This document shows, one piece after another, positions 43,700 through 56,900 of a stretch of 64,000 bases of DNA. Position numbers and translations under genes: made by a program. The notes under the pieces were generated by a model, which was given only the letters and a program-made list of their open reading frames with translations, had not been told where the DNA came from and did no database searches. This DNA is from the human T2T-CHM13v2.0 reference genome, Homo sapiens, in the NCBI RefSeq assembly GCF_009914755.1, contig NC_060926.1. One strand, written 5' to 3'. Within the stretch, counting starts at the first letter, position 1. Each line of letters starts with the position of its first letter.

Positions 43700-46400
43700 A
43701 AATTTGGTTTTACAAATGAATAAATATTGACAAACACCCTAAGCCCAGCTGTAGCTGGAACAGAGCATACCGCAAGACCACCATGCATGGCTGGCACAAA
43801 CATCCAGGCCCTGGAGTCCTCTCTTCCCTCACAGCCTGCCCCATCAGCAGTGCTTTCTCCAGTCTGTACATCTGGGCTATCTCAGCAAATCGTAATGTCT
43901 TGCCTCTCACTGGGTGCTTCAGAATCCCTCCTCAGGAAGAAGAGGCAGTGCTCCTCGGAGACCCCTTTTCATCAAGGAGGGCTAAGCATTGGGCTGAGGG
44001 CAGCAGGAGTCAGGGACCCTCCGATGGGTCTAAGATAATCAGGGGTCCTCAGCTGTCTGCAGGCCGCCCTGGAATGCTGCGTCTTTGTTGGCAATGTGGA
44101 CTGTTTCCAGCAGAGCTGTCTCCCTCAGGGTCATTGCTCCTGTCAGTCTCTGGGCACCACCTTCCACCCAGGGGGCACATTGGGAGAGTAGAGGTGAAGT
44201 GGCCATCCCTCCTCAGTGGTGCCCATTCTCTTCCTTCTCGCCCTCCATCCAGCTGGCCCTGACCCATGATCAGTCTCTGCATTTCAGTGACTCCCAAGCA
44301 CACTGTGGCTTCCACTTTCCTCATTCTGCAGCCTCTTCATAAGAACAATCAACCATTCATGTTCCATATTCACCATAAGCAAAGCAAGAAAGAGAGCCCT
44401 TGCCTTTCATGAGATTCTTGGTAGTCCTCTGGGAAATCTGCCTCCCCATGCAGTCTCTCTGCATGTGCCCAGGGCCACCTCATCTTCTTGGGGACACACT
44501 CATATGGCCAGGTCCTGGAATTGCCTTACATTGGCAGCTGGTTCTTGGAAACCCCATGGAATGTGTCACACCAACTTCCTTCAAACCCTACCAAGCAGAA
44601 CTCAGGGATTTTAGTACTTTCTGTAAATCTCTATCTGCCTTGGTTGACCATCCCTGAATTGACTCGTCTGTGCCTTAACTGGGCTTAAGTGAAGAAAGTC
44701 CAGTCAGAGCAGAGCATGGGTTGAGTTCATCGGACACAGAAAACGTGTCCGAGCTTCCTTCTACCCCAGCTGACAAAGGCAGCCCACCTCAGTCGGCTCA
44801 AGCTGAGTTTCTGGGTCAGCTTGCGCTGGATCTTATGTAGATGAATGAGAAGGCTCCTGAAGATCTGTATTTGTGAAGATAGGGGTCCTGGGTGAGGATT
44901 GCATGGGAGTCCCAGAAATCCAGACATCATCAGACCCTCCCAGCCTTCTTCCCAAAGAGTTCTGAGGAGCACTCCCAACAACGGGAGCCTGTGCATGGTA
45001 AAGGGCCTGCCTCCCTTTGAAACTTGTAGGGGAAGTATGCCCAGCTCTCCAAGCCAAGGGAGGTCCCAGGCCACCACAGCTCTCATGCTCCCGAGGCAGG
45101 AGTTTTTCCTCCACCCACCTTCCCATCTGGAAGCACCTCCTGGGAAGTGGTGTACATATTGTGGTCCCAGGAATAAGCAGGTGGGCATAGAAGAGACCAA
45201 TAGTATATGTGGGCCATGATGGCAAGGACCATAAAGTAAGTGCAGGTGCAGTTTTCAGATGGTGACCTGAACATGGCCTCCAGCCAGAAGATAAGGATCA
45301 AGAAGGGTTATGCATGGCTGATGGACAGCTCTCCACCTGTTAGGTCATCCCCAGTGTGCAGCTGGATTGCTGTGGGCTTTTGGGTCATTGGGCCTCCAGG
45401 AGCAGTCATTAGTGATGTCCACTCACAGAGTTCAGACCTAGGTACAAAGTTTAGCAGAAAAAGGTGGACTAACTGACTAGGGTTTGGTCCACCCCTAGGT
45501 TTAAAACTCCAGAGTCCAGCATGTCCCTAACCAGAAGGCCACTGGCTGCCCGCCTAAGCTCCAAACTGATGGAGAACAGCCCCGACCACCACCAGTACCC
45601 ACCATGGAAATTAGGGAACAATACGGGTGCAGGGAGAGGCAGACCAGGCCGGCTTCCGACAGAAGACTCAGTGTAGAATCAGTTGCAACAGCCATATAAA
45701 AGTTAAGATGCCCTCCCTAGCAACTCACGTGGACATGAGCCCAAGAAACTAGCACAAAACATCTCCAGTCATGCCCCTTGAGGTCCCAGGGACCTTGATT
45801 ACACCCTGGTTGTAATCAAGCAGGAAACTGCAATCAGTCACAGCACTTTGGCCTAACTACACGCCAGGCTGAATGTCCAAAGGTTGTTCACACAGGAAAA
45901 ACCTTAGGAGCATCCTGCTAGGGGCTGGTGTGCCAGGCAGACATCATTGTGAAATCCCACAGTGTGCAAGCAACCTGTGCCATCCTGTATTTGGGTTTGG
46001 GTTGCCAGAAGCAGATCCTGGTATGAGGGTTTCTGTGCAAGGGATTTATTTAAAAAGTATTCCTAGGAGAGAATTATCAGTGTGTGGTGAGGCAGGCTGG
46101 AGAGGAAGTAGCCAAGCAAGGGTATGGACTTAGCATAGTCCTAGGTGCAGCCTGATCCTCAGGGGGCAATGCAGGGATTGTCCCTACTTGAGTCAGGGAA
46201 CTGGGCTTTCCTGGGGCATGACATAATCACTCCCTCTGAGAGGCCCCAGGGCAATGTCAGCTCCCATACCTGTGTTCTCTGAGCCTGTGCTCTCTAAGCC
46301 TCTGGGCAAAGCCACTCAGTCCCCAAGGTCCAGGCTCATAGAAGAAAGGGTAGGGGATGAGGTGAGGACTGGCAGTGGGGATCCGAGGGCATCTGGGCGG
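43700..46400 (-). mobile_element. Probable very old ERVL-class internal remnant and LTR16/33-like piece (~45985-46400)
   Basis: 'gggttgccagaagcagatcctg..gtgcaagggatttatt' resembles a reversed ERVL LTR end; internal assignment is weak. Confidence 0.35.
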
Positions 46401-47805
46401 AGCACTAGGAACTCAGCTTCATTACCAGGGAGCATCAGTGAGGATGAACCCACTTTTGAATCCCACATGAAAAACCCAGCACTGTGTGAGTGCACCAAGA
46501 ACCTTGAGCTCTGTATGGTTGAAAAGCTTCCTTCTGAAGTTGGAGCTGGTAGTTGTTGAATACAGGGTGCACATGGGGGCTGAGGATGGTGATGAACTAC
46601 AGTGGTGGCACATGTGGGATTGATTGATCTGCCAGCTCAGCATTGATCTGTGAGCTCTGCCCTGGTCTTTGCCAGCCAAGCTGGAGGGCCTTCAGCCTTA
46701 AGGGAAGTCCCCCTTCTTATCCCACCACACCCTGCTGCCCTGATATGGAGAATGGCTACTTAGGTAGGAAACCCTAGAATGTGAGATGCAACATCCTAGC
46801 CCCTTTCCATGGGGCAGGGGGTATGGGTCCAAGCCAGGAGGGTCCTAGGACAGGGTGTTTCCTACTCAGGGCAGCAGGCCCTTCTGTAATTGAGAGACCC
46901 GGGGTCAGAGTCACAGAAACGAAACGAAACGAAACAGAAACAAAGATGGAACCTGAGACCCGGAAGCTGGAAAAGACACTCTGGGGAGGGCCCGAGGCAT
47001 GTCTCATGACTAAAACACAACACTGAAGGCACAGGGGATGCGAAAGGAACAGGAAGAACAGGAAAAGTAAACAACCAGAAAGGATTCCTGGGAAAATGCC
47101 TGAACACTGAGCTATGATGATGACAAAACTCATAGACAGACTTGCTCCACTTAAACTAAAGGCACAAAATAATGTTTGTTTTTTGGGTATATTAAATGGA
47201 TCTTTACTTAATTTCTGAAAGGAAGCTGAAAATATAAAACTGCTATACTTTTCCACCTGACACTGAATATTATAATGAAATCTCTGATTGTGATATATCG
47301 ATGATAGATAGATAATAGATATAGATATAGATATATACAGACAGATGAAGAACTGTTTTTCAGTGTATTTAGCTATGTAAGTACACCTTGATGCCTGCAC
47401 GCCATGGGATTTCACAGAGATGTCTGCCTGGCAATCAGCTCCCAGCAGGATGCTCCTTAGAAGACTAAGCGTTTGCCTTGGCAAGAAGCCTTTGGACATT
47501 CAGCCCGGTGTGCGATTATGCCAAAGTCGATCTAAAGCTGAAAAACTACTTGGAAATAATAAAGCAATCTCAACACAAGGCTTTACATAGTGTGCCTGTG
47601 AAGGTCTGTGATCAAAAGCCTTGAATTTCAGCCTTGTTTCCGGAATGTTGTCATAAATGTTAGTCGACAATCTATAGAACTGGAAGTCTTTCATTTCTCA
47701 GGCACAGGGACCTGACTCATGCTTCTCAAGCACACTTATACCTCTGTCAACCCATCCAAAGGCATCTCACCTTAAATATATTTCTGATTAAGAGATGGGG
47801 GTTCA

Positions 47806-48234
<429 letters not shown>

Positions 48235-48539
48235 CTAGAGCCTATGAACTTGAAATGCAAATGTGAATAGATCATCTTCTCCCTTCAAAAGCTCCAAATG
48301 GAACCTCTATGTGATTTGCTCCCACATCTAATTCTTCAGTTCCAAATATTCTGCAGGATTATTATGTTTTCAACTGCCTAGCAGATCTTCCCACCTCCAC
48401 AAGTAATATCCCTCCATAGTACCTCAGTGTTGGAAATGCTTAAAATGACCCTCTTCGTGCTGCTGCTCCTTCTCCTCCTTAACCATTTATTCCTTGTAAT
48501 TTCTAATTTCCAATTGCTGTTTATGAAAATCAGTATTTT

Positions 48540-51440
48540 ATTGGGTATCTTTCCCCTTGATGTCCAGTAACTTAAATACTATGATATAAAAGTAATAATA
48601 CTTAAGCATTATAATTTAAAAGCAATACATCTTCTATTACTTGATGGGGATGAGAGAAGGAAGAAAACAAGGACTTTGCTTAATATACATTTATATAACA
48701 CATTCATAACAAAAAATACTCATGACAATTACAGCCCTCATTTCTATAAACGGTTGTGTGGTCATACCTGATACTTATAACTACCTTCTTCCATTACCCA
48801 TTCCATATTCCTGTGCTTCCTACAAACACCTCAGCTAGTCATGCACCATTACCTGGTGAGGTTACCCAAGCCTTCATCCTGAAGGATCTGGACCATAAGT
48901 AGTCCTGCCCGAATTCAGCTGTAGTTTTCCATTGAACTTAATCACAAGGCATGGTATACAAACACTCAAAGTTATCTCCTGGATTCCAGACATCCTCTTG
49001 CTTGTTTCTATTGTGGAGCATGGGGGCCATGGACATTTGGGACGCTTCTTCATGTAACTTACTTGTGCCTTTAGAGCCTGCTCAGGCCCAATCATGTGTA
49101 CATCACTTCCATTTCATGGTGAGTTGCTGCTCTGCACACCCAAGTTTATGGCTTTGTGGATTAGATGATAGTTCATGATGGGCACTCAGGTCATATGGTA
49201 ACTTGGGTGTCCATGGTTAAGCATTCAGTCTCTACCTAGGCCCAGTAGCAGGCCAAGAGCTGTCTCTCAAAAGGAAAGTAGTTATCTGTGGAAGATAGCA
49301 TTGGCTTGCTCCAAAATCTTAAAGACCTGTGCTGTGATTCACCTGCCAAAGATTCCACACAGCATCCCTGTCTGCCATCGACACCTCAAGCACCACTGGA
49401 TCTGCTGGGTCATGTGGCACAAACGGCAGAACAGCTTGTGCAGCAGCCTGGACCTATTGCAGAGACTTCTGCTCTTCTGGGTCCTTCTTAAACATAATGA
49501 ATTTTCAGATTGCTCAGCAAATGAGCTGATATAAGACACACAAAGAGGAAGATGATGCCTCCAAATTCCCAAGAGGCCTACTGAGCATTGTGCCTCATTT
49601 TTGGTAGTAGAAGGAAAAAGATGCAAGAACTTACCCTTCACATGAGAAGGGATATTTCAACATGCCCCATACCACTGGACCCTTAGAAATTTCATGGAGG
49701 CAGAAGGCCCCTGAATTTTAGACAAATTTATTTCCTACCCTCTGACACTCAAATGTTGTACCAACAAGCCCAGAGTGGTTGCTACTTCTCGCTCACTAGG
49801 TCCAATCAGCATAATGTCATCAATAAACAGAACAGAGTAATATCTCATGGAAGAGAAAGGTAATCACATCTCTGTGAACTAAATTATGACTTAGAGCTGG
49901 AGAACTGATAGAACCCCAAGGAACAATAGTGAGGCATGTTGCTGGCCTTGCCAGCTAAAAGCAAACTGTTTCTTATGAGCGTTATGGACAGGCATGGAGA
50001 AAAATGAATTTACCAGATAAATAGCTACATGTCAGTTCTCAGGGATGTGTTAATTTCCTCAAGCAATGAAACCACATCTGATGTAGCAGCTGTAATTAGA
50101 GTCACCACCTGGTTAAACTTATGATAATTCACTGTCATTCTTTAAGATCCATCTGTCACCAGTTAGAATGGTGATCATTAAAAAGTCAGGAAACAACAGG
50201 TGCTGGAGAGGATGTGGAGAAATAGGAACACTTTTACACTGTTGGTGGGACTGTAAACTAGTTCAACCATTGCAGAAGTCAGTGTGGCGATTCCTCAGGG
50301 ACCTAGAACTAGAAATACCATTTGACCCAGCCATCCCATTACCGGGTATATACCCAAAGGATTATAAATCATGCCGCCATAAAGAACACGTATGTTTATT
50401 GCAGCACTATTCACAATAGCAAAGACTTGGAACCAACCTAAATGTCCAACAACAATAGACTGGATTAAGAAAATGTGGCACATATACACCATGGAATACT
50501 ATGCAGCCATAAAAAATGATGAGTTCATGTCCTTTGTAGGGACATGGATGAAACTGGAAACCATCATTCTCAGCAAACTATCGCAAGGACAAAAAACCAA
50601 ACGCCGTATGTTCTCACTCATAGGTGGAAATTGAACAGTGAGAACACATGGACACAGGAAGGGGAACATCACACACCAGGGACTGTTGTGGGGTGGGAGG
50701 AGGGGGGAGGGATAGCATTAGGAGATATACCTAATGCTAAATGATGAGTTAATGGGTGCAGCACACCAACATGGCACATGTATACATATGTAACCTGCAC
50801 GTTGTGCACATGTACCCTAAAACTTAAAGTATAATAATAATAAAATTAAAAAACAAACAAACAAACAAACAAAAAAGATCCATCTGTCTTCTGCACGGGC
50901 CAAACAGGAGAGTTGCATGGGGATGTGGTGGGAGTCATCATCCCTGCATCTCTCACATCCTTGATGGTGGCACTAATCTCTGCAGCCTCTCTAGAAATGT
51001 GGATTTGCTTTTGATTTACCATTTTCCTAGGTAAAGGCAGATCTAGTGGCTGCCACTTGGCTTTTTCCACCTTAATAGCCCTCACTCCACAAGTCAAGGG
51101 AATAATGTGAGAATTCTGCCAGCTGCTAAGTATGTCTAGGCCAATTGTACATTTCAGAACTGGGGAAATACCCACAGGATGGGTTCAGGAACACACCGGA
51201 CCCACTGTGAGAAGGACCTGAGCTGAATTCCATGGCTCACCTGACCGCCATAAGCCACTACTCTGACTGTGGTGGGCCACAGCGGAATTTTGGATCTCTG
51301 GAACTTAGTGTCAGTTCAGGGCCCATGTGTTTAGTAGTGCCCCAAGGGTCTGATTATTTTCTTTTCTTCAGTGCATAGTCACCCTGGTAAAAGATAATAA
51401 GTCCTTTTGAGGAAGGCTGGAAGAAAGATTATAAATTTTG
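48540..51440 (-). mobile_element. HERV-L/ERVL internal (protease-RT region) split by an L1PA
   Basis: ORF 50846-51175(-) 'IGLDILSSWQN..EISATIKD..DAG..PTTSP.NSPVWPVQKTDGS' continues beyond the L1 as '[14 protein letters not shown]'. Confidence 0.85.
50158..50874 (+). mobile_element. 5'-truncated L1PA (about L1PA3-5)
   Basis: ORF2 C-terminus '[32 protein letters not shown]', 3'UTR, A-rich tail; 14-bp TSD aagatccatctgtc. Confidence 0.95.
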
Positions 51441-51459
51441 GTGGTGTACTGAGGCCCAT

Positions 51460-54340
51460 CCGCAAAGAAAGCACAAACAAAAATTAAAAATAAGTAAATG
51501 GAGCTTCATCAAAATTACAGACTTTGGACTTCAAAAGATACTATCAAGAAAATTAAAAAAAAAAAAACTATAGAATAGAAGAAAATATTCATTAATCCTA
51601 TATCTGACAAGGGACTTCAGCATAAAATATAAAAAGAACTCTTACAACTCAAAATAAAAATGGACAAACAGCCCAATTTTTAAATGGGCAAACTTATATC
51701 AATCCTTCACATTTCTTTGATTTATGAAAGAAAAAATGTTGCAACATATAGAAGATCAGAGGAAGGAAAGGAGGAAGCAGAAGCTAGAAAAATCTAGATT
51801 GTCTTCATGAGCCAGACAGAGGATGGCAGAAGCTGGCCCAAGTCTGGAGCTGGCTGAAGATGAGGCCAATCTCTTTGCAGCAAAGCCCCCAAAGCATGTG
51901 GATCATGTGGATGGATTTTTTCACTTTCTGCCTTGTCATTTAGTCTAACAACTGAGACTCAGATGAGAGCTGAGTAAAAGGTCTCAGTCAGGCCACATGA
52001 ACCACCTCCACCTCCACTAATTCAAGGAAGAAGAGGTGCAAAACCCATGCCCACCTGTGTAAATGCTGCTGCAGGTTTGATAGAAAATCATGCTCAGTCA
52101 CCAGCTATAGGCAATACACGTGTCTCTGTGAGCTCCATCCCCACACCTCCTCCACCACCCCTTCCATCTCCCCTGTCAATGTCTTCATTAGGAGCTTCAG
52201 TGACTTCAACTGCTCTCCACCAAGACCTCTCCCACCTCTGCCTCCACCTCCAAACACTGCCTTGGGAACTCCAGCAGTACCACCTCCTCCAGCGCCTTTC
52301 CACATTTTCCCCAGCCATCTTCACCCAGCTCCTCCTCCAGCTGCTCCTCTACACAGCCCTCTCTGCCAGGAATTAGTGCTGTCCCAGTTCATCCATCCCA
52401 CAAGACATCCAAGGCTACCTCCAGCCCCACACTACCTTCTCTGGCTCCACTTGGTATTCAACCATCATCATCTGTCACAGTTGCAGTCCTGCTCATCCTC
52501 TCTCTGGCTACATCCAACTTCACCTACTGCTGTCCCAAGTCCCCAAGCTCCATGAATGACCCCAACTCCTCCAACACAAGTTACGTCTGCTTATGAGCCG
52601 AAGTGTCATCTCCCAGCTGTACCTATAGTCTGGGTTGCCAAGAGTGTACTTCTGGAAGCAGTAAGGAAAGGTGTTCGGTTACACAACGTAGAAGAGCAGG
52701 GTGTAAAGAGAGCTCACCATGAAGACATTGAAAATGATGTTGCCACCGTCCTGTCTTGCCATACTGCTGTGGAATCTAGTGATTCAGAAAATGTTTCCAA
52801 ATTTGATGAAGTAGACTGGTTGGAGAAATATGCATTGATAAATATTAAAAATTCAATGTAAGTGACCTTTGTGGTGCTTGTTCTTTGAAAATGTTTGCTC
52901 ATTCTAGTGTTTTACTTTATTTTCCTTATGATAAATAACTTTTCCTCCATAAATTTTTATTTCTAAGAAAAATATTTCAAACTAAATGCTTTACAAGTGG
53001 TTCATTTTCTTCCCCTAACAAAATCCAATTTGGTCAGATAAACTACTAAGTGTTGAGCGTGGACATCTGTTAGAGTAGCAGATTCAGTTTTTGGACACAT
53101 TTTAATTGTACACTTCATGAATTTTAATTTAAAGAAAGCCACCGAGATTGAAAAGATTGAAATCTTGAGGGCAGCTACATCTGTTAATGAGCATTTGTCC
53201 ATTTCATGTTATTTTAAAAGAATAAACTGCCTTGATTACAGAATCATTCAAAAAGTACATTTAGCTTGTCGTGTTGAACTCTCATAAAGGAATTTTGAAT
53301 TTTTATAATATTATTTTGTTTTTAAATACTTAGCTCTTAGTTGAAAGTTTTGTTGTACCCCCTTCCTCCTTATAAACTGTGTACTATGATGTTGCTAGCC
53401 CATAACAGTTAAAAATTTTCCACATTAAATGCTCTGGCTTAAACATACATATAATTATATAACGGCTAAAAATGATTTTTATAATGGGCAAAGAACCTGA
53501 ATAGACATTTTTTCCAAAGAAGATATAAAAATGGCCAAAAGATACTCAGCTTAATGAGTCATTAAGGAAGGCAAATTAAAACCACCATGAGATGCCACTT
53601 CCTACTCATTGGGATGGCTATGATAAAAAAGGAAGATGATAACAACAGTTGGTGGAGGATGTAGAGAAATTTTATCCCTCATACACCGGGAGTAGGAATG
53701 TAAAATGATGCAACTACTTGGGAAAATAGTCTGGCAGTTGCCCAAAAAGTTCAATAGAGTCACCATTTGACCCAGTAATTCCACTTCTAGGTATATACTC
53801 AAAAGAAATGAAAAGCTCTGTCCACACAAAAACTTATACATAAATGTCTATAGTGGCATTACTCCCAAAGCTAAAAGAAGGAAACAACCCAAATGTCCAT
53901 CAACCGATGGAAGGATACACAAAATGTAGTATATTCCTAGAACAGAATACTATTCAGCCATAAAAGGGAATGAAGTGCGAGACAGGCTACAACATGGGTG
54001 AACCCTGAAAAGATAATGAAATTAAAATGTTAAGATTGAGAATATTATGAAAGAAGCCTGTCACAAAAGATCACACACTGTATGATCCCATTTATATGAG
54101 ATGTCCAGACTAGGGAAATCTACAGGGATATAAAGTAGAATTGAGATTGCTGAGGGCTGGGAGCAGGAGGCTGGAGGATGGCATCTAAAGGGCACCGCAT
54201 TTTGGGAGGGCAATGAAAATGTTCTGAAATTGATTGTGGCACAACTCTGTGAATATGGCAAAAAAAACCACTGAATTGTGCATTTTAAGTGAGTGGGCGA
54301 ATTGTATGGCGTGTGAACTACACCTAAATAAAGTTGTTAT
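51460..54340 (+). mobile_element. L1M 3' fragment split by the WASF1 retrocopy (51460-51692 and 53483-54340)
   Basis: 'aagaactcttacaactc..cccaatttttaaatgggcaaa' resumes as 'aatgggcaaagaacctgaatagacattt'. Confidence 0.8.
51693..53480 (+). pseudogene. WASF1P1: 5'-truncated processed WASF1 (WAVE1) pseudogene
   Basis: Intronless homology to WAVE1 from 'YTNPSYFFDLWKEKML' through the proline-rich region to the WCA end ('[36 protein letters not shown]') plus 3'UTR; many indels and stops; TSD aatgggcaaa. Confidence 0.92.
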
Positions 54341-54497
54341 GAAAAGAAAAAAAGGTCAGCAATATGGAGCCTTCAAGATGACACTGGCAACTCTCATGAG
54401 GAGAATGACCACAAAGAAGCCAGAGGTGCAGGGAGGAAAAAGTTTACTGAAAGTGACTTTTACGTCAAATTCAAGAGTTTCCTCTTTATTCTAAACA

Positions 54498-54700
54498 GCA
54501 GAGTGGGCAAGCCAAAGCTCACTGCCTGTTTTTGTAAATAAAGTTTTATTGGAACACAGCCCCAACTATCTGTGTAATGTTGTCTGTGGCTGCTGTCACA
54601 AATCAGCGGCCGACTTGAGTAGCTGCAACTGACATCATGTGATTGGCAAAGCGTGAAGCAGTCACCACTTGGCCTCTTACAAAGAAAGCTTGCTGACCCC
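54498..54700. mobile_element. MER58-type hAT element
   Basis: 'ctgcctgtttttgtaaataaagttttattggaacacagcc..ttgctgacccc'. Confidence 0.75.
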
Positions 54701-55979
54701 GGCTATGCACAGGGTGAAGCCCCTGAGATGTTTAGAAGGTATCTCTGTTGGCTACTTGGGGGGCGGTTTGATGGAGAACAAGGAGAGCACGCTTGCTCCA
54801 GTACCGTATTCTTTCTTCTCACAGGCCCCCAAAACTCCGTCAGTCTCTTTCTCTTCCCCAGAGCCGTCAGCTCCTGCTGGAACCTCCTGTCTCTCTCTCT
54901 GCTGGGGACTCCACAAAGGGAAGCATGGCCCAGCATTCCACCTCCCCCTGCCCCTAAGACTGGGGTTGCAGACCCTTTCATTTTGAGATTTTTGTATCTC
55001 ATCACTATAAGGAAATAAAGAGGGAAGAAGCAAAATCCACAAGTGCTAAATTCCATAAATCATATAAAGCTCTTATTTCTTTGTTTTCTCAGTTCCTAAC
55101 ACAATGCCTGGTGATAAATGAATGGTGAATGAATGAATGAATGAATGAGTGAGTGAATGAATGAATGGTGATCCTTGCTAATCTACTATGGAAATCTCAG
55201 TATCTCTGTATGCCTTCTCTTTTATTTCTGAGGGGAGAGTCCTTTGTGCCCTTCTGCGTGTTTTTATAGAATTCCTGGGCTCCTCCAAGTTTCTGGTTTC
55301 TGTAACAGTATCGTGATGCCAGCATCAACATTTAAACTAGTGGCCATCCCCATGAGAAGGAACTTAAATCTCACAGGAACTGAGGATAGCACATGGCCCT
55401 TTCTCTGTGGCACGATTTTCACAGAAGCTGATCACTCAGTGATTTCCTCCCACTCTGGAGAATGAATTCACCCTGGGTGTGCTTATCCCCAGAGGACAAA
55501 AATCCAACCCTGATTTTGTACCTAGGTGTGGCCAATGCTATCAAAGGTAAACTCATTAATCAGCATCCTGATAAGGTGATCCCAGAAAATGAGTTATTGG
55601 AGAAGGCTGCAGCAACATAGGAGCTGCAGCTCTGCCAGGATGTGGCCACACACCTCGATGGTGGGGCCAATGGCAATCAGGCCTTCCTGCTGCCAGTTAA
55701 CCCTGAGTCAGGGTACTCAGATAGCCCAAAAGCGAGACCTGACTAATGGCCCTTTCAGCAAAACCAGGACCTGGACCCTAACTTCCTCACCCGATGATAC
55801 ACCACTTGTCCTTAAATGCCGAGTGTCAGTAATCAGAGAGACAGAGAGACAGAGAGAGAATGTATTTGTAACTTTTCTTTATTTTTTGTTTTTTTGGAAA
55901 AAAATACACATGCATTTTAATGTTTTCAATCAGATTACCAAAGGCCCTTCAAACTGTACCATTTTATCTCTTACTAATA

Positions 55980-56213
55980 GTATTTTTTTTAATACTTTAA
56001 GTTCTGGAATACATGTGCAGTACATGCAGGTTTGTTATGTAGGTATACATGTGCCATAGTGGTTTGCTGCACCCATCATCAACCAGTCATCTACATTAGG
56101 TATTTCTCCTAATGTCATCTCTCCCCTAGCCGCCCGCCCTGCAACAGGCCCTGGTGGGTGATGTTCCCCTCCTGTGTCCATGTGTTCTCATTGTTCAGCT
56201 CCCACTTATGAGC
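55980..56213 (-). mobile_element. Short L1PA 3' end
   Basis: 'tactttaagttctggaatacatgtgcag..ccatgtgttctcattgttcagctcccacttatgag'. Confidence 0.9.
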
Positions 56214-56699
56214 TTTTCTTTTAGTCCTTTAAATGAAATGAATTAAAACATTAAATATAAAATATGCTATTAATTTGATAAGCGCATGGGATTCTTAGCC
56301 CTTTAAAAGACAAGAATAAATTGCAGATGACCTTGGCTAGTAAGAAAAATGTCTTCAAAAAGTGATACTGCTCCACACCTTCAACCATCAAATTACCCTT
56401 TACACTTAACATGTGAGACCCCAAGGATGAGCAAACTTCCACAGAGGAGAGAGTGAGTTATAACTGTTTTAAACATGTGGTCAGAGCACCCTCAGGTATT
56501 TGGGGAGGGGATTCAGGGGTAAGCTCTGCTGTGAGAAAGTAGCTGAGGCCCTTTGCCTCCAGAAATCCAGCCTGGAGGCCTGGACTTGAGGGAAATGACT
56601 CAGCAAGGAATACATCTCATGTTGGTGCCAGTCCCACTACTCTACATTCACCAGGAAACAAAGCTATAGCAGGTGGCCTTAAAATGGAGAGTGATGTGG

Positions 56700-56900
56700 T
56701 ATTCAAAAGCCTCAATTAGAGAAGCAGCCTTCTGGGGTTCAAACCCATGCTCTGCAGCTGTGATCTGGAGCAAGGTATTTACCCCTCGTTGTCATCATGA
56801 CAGGGGAATAATAATAGCAGCTACCCCACAGGGTTACTGGAGGTCTACATGAAGTAATAAAAATGTGAAATACCTAGAATTGTGCCAGTTGTATAGTAAG
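56700..56900 (+). mobile_element. MIR fragment
   Basis: 'gggttcaaaccca..ctgtgatctggagcaaggtatttaccc..ggggaataataatag'. Confidence 0.6.

Noticed and set aside
43710-45476. Dense overlapping 100-160 aa ORFs as a novel gene
   Set aside because: No recognisable domain or splice structure; expected by chance in higher-GC, probably retroviral-derived sequence
46774-47499. Longest ORF in the window (241 aa, minus strand)
   Set aside because: Runs through GATA and GAAAC simple repeats, is low-complexity F/S/L-rich, and has no recognisable homology
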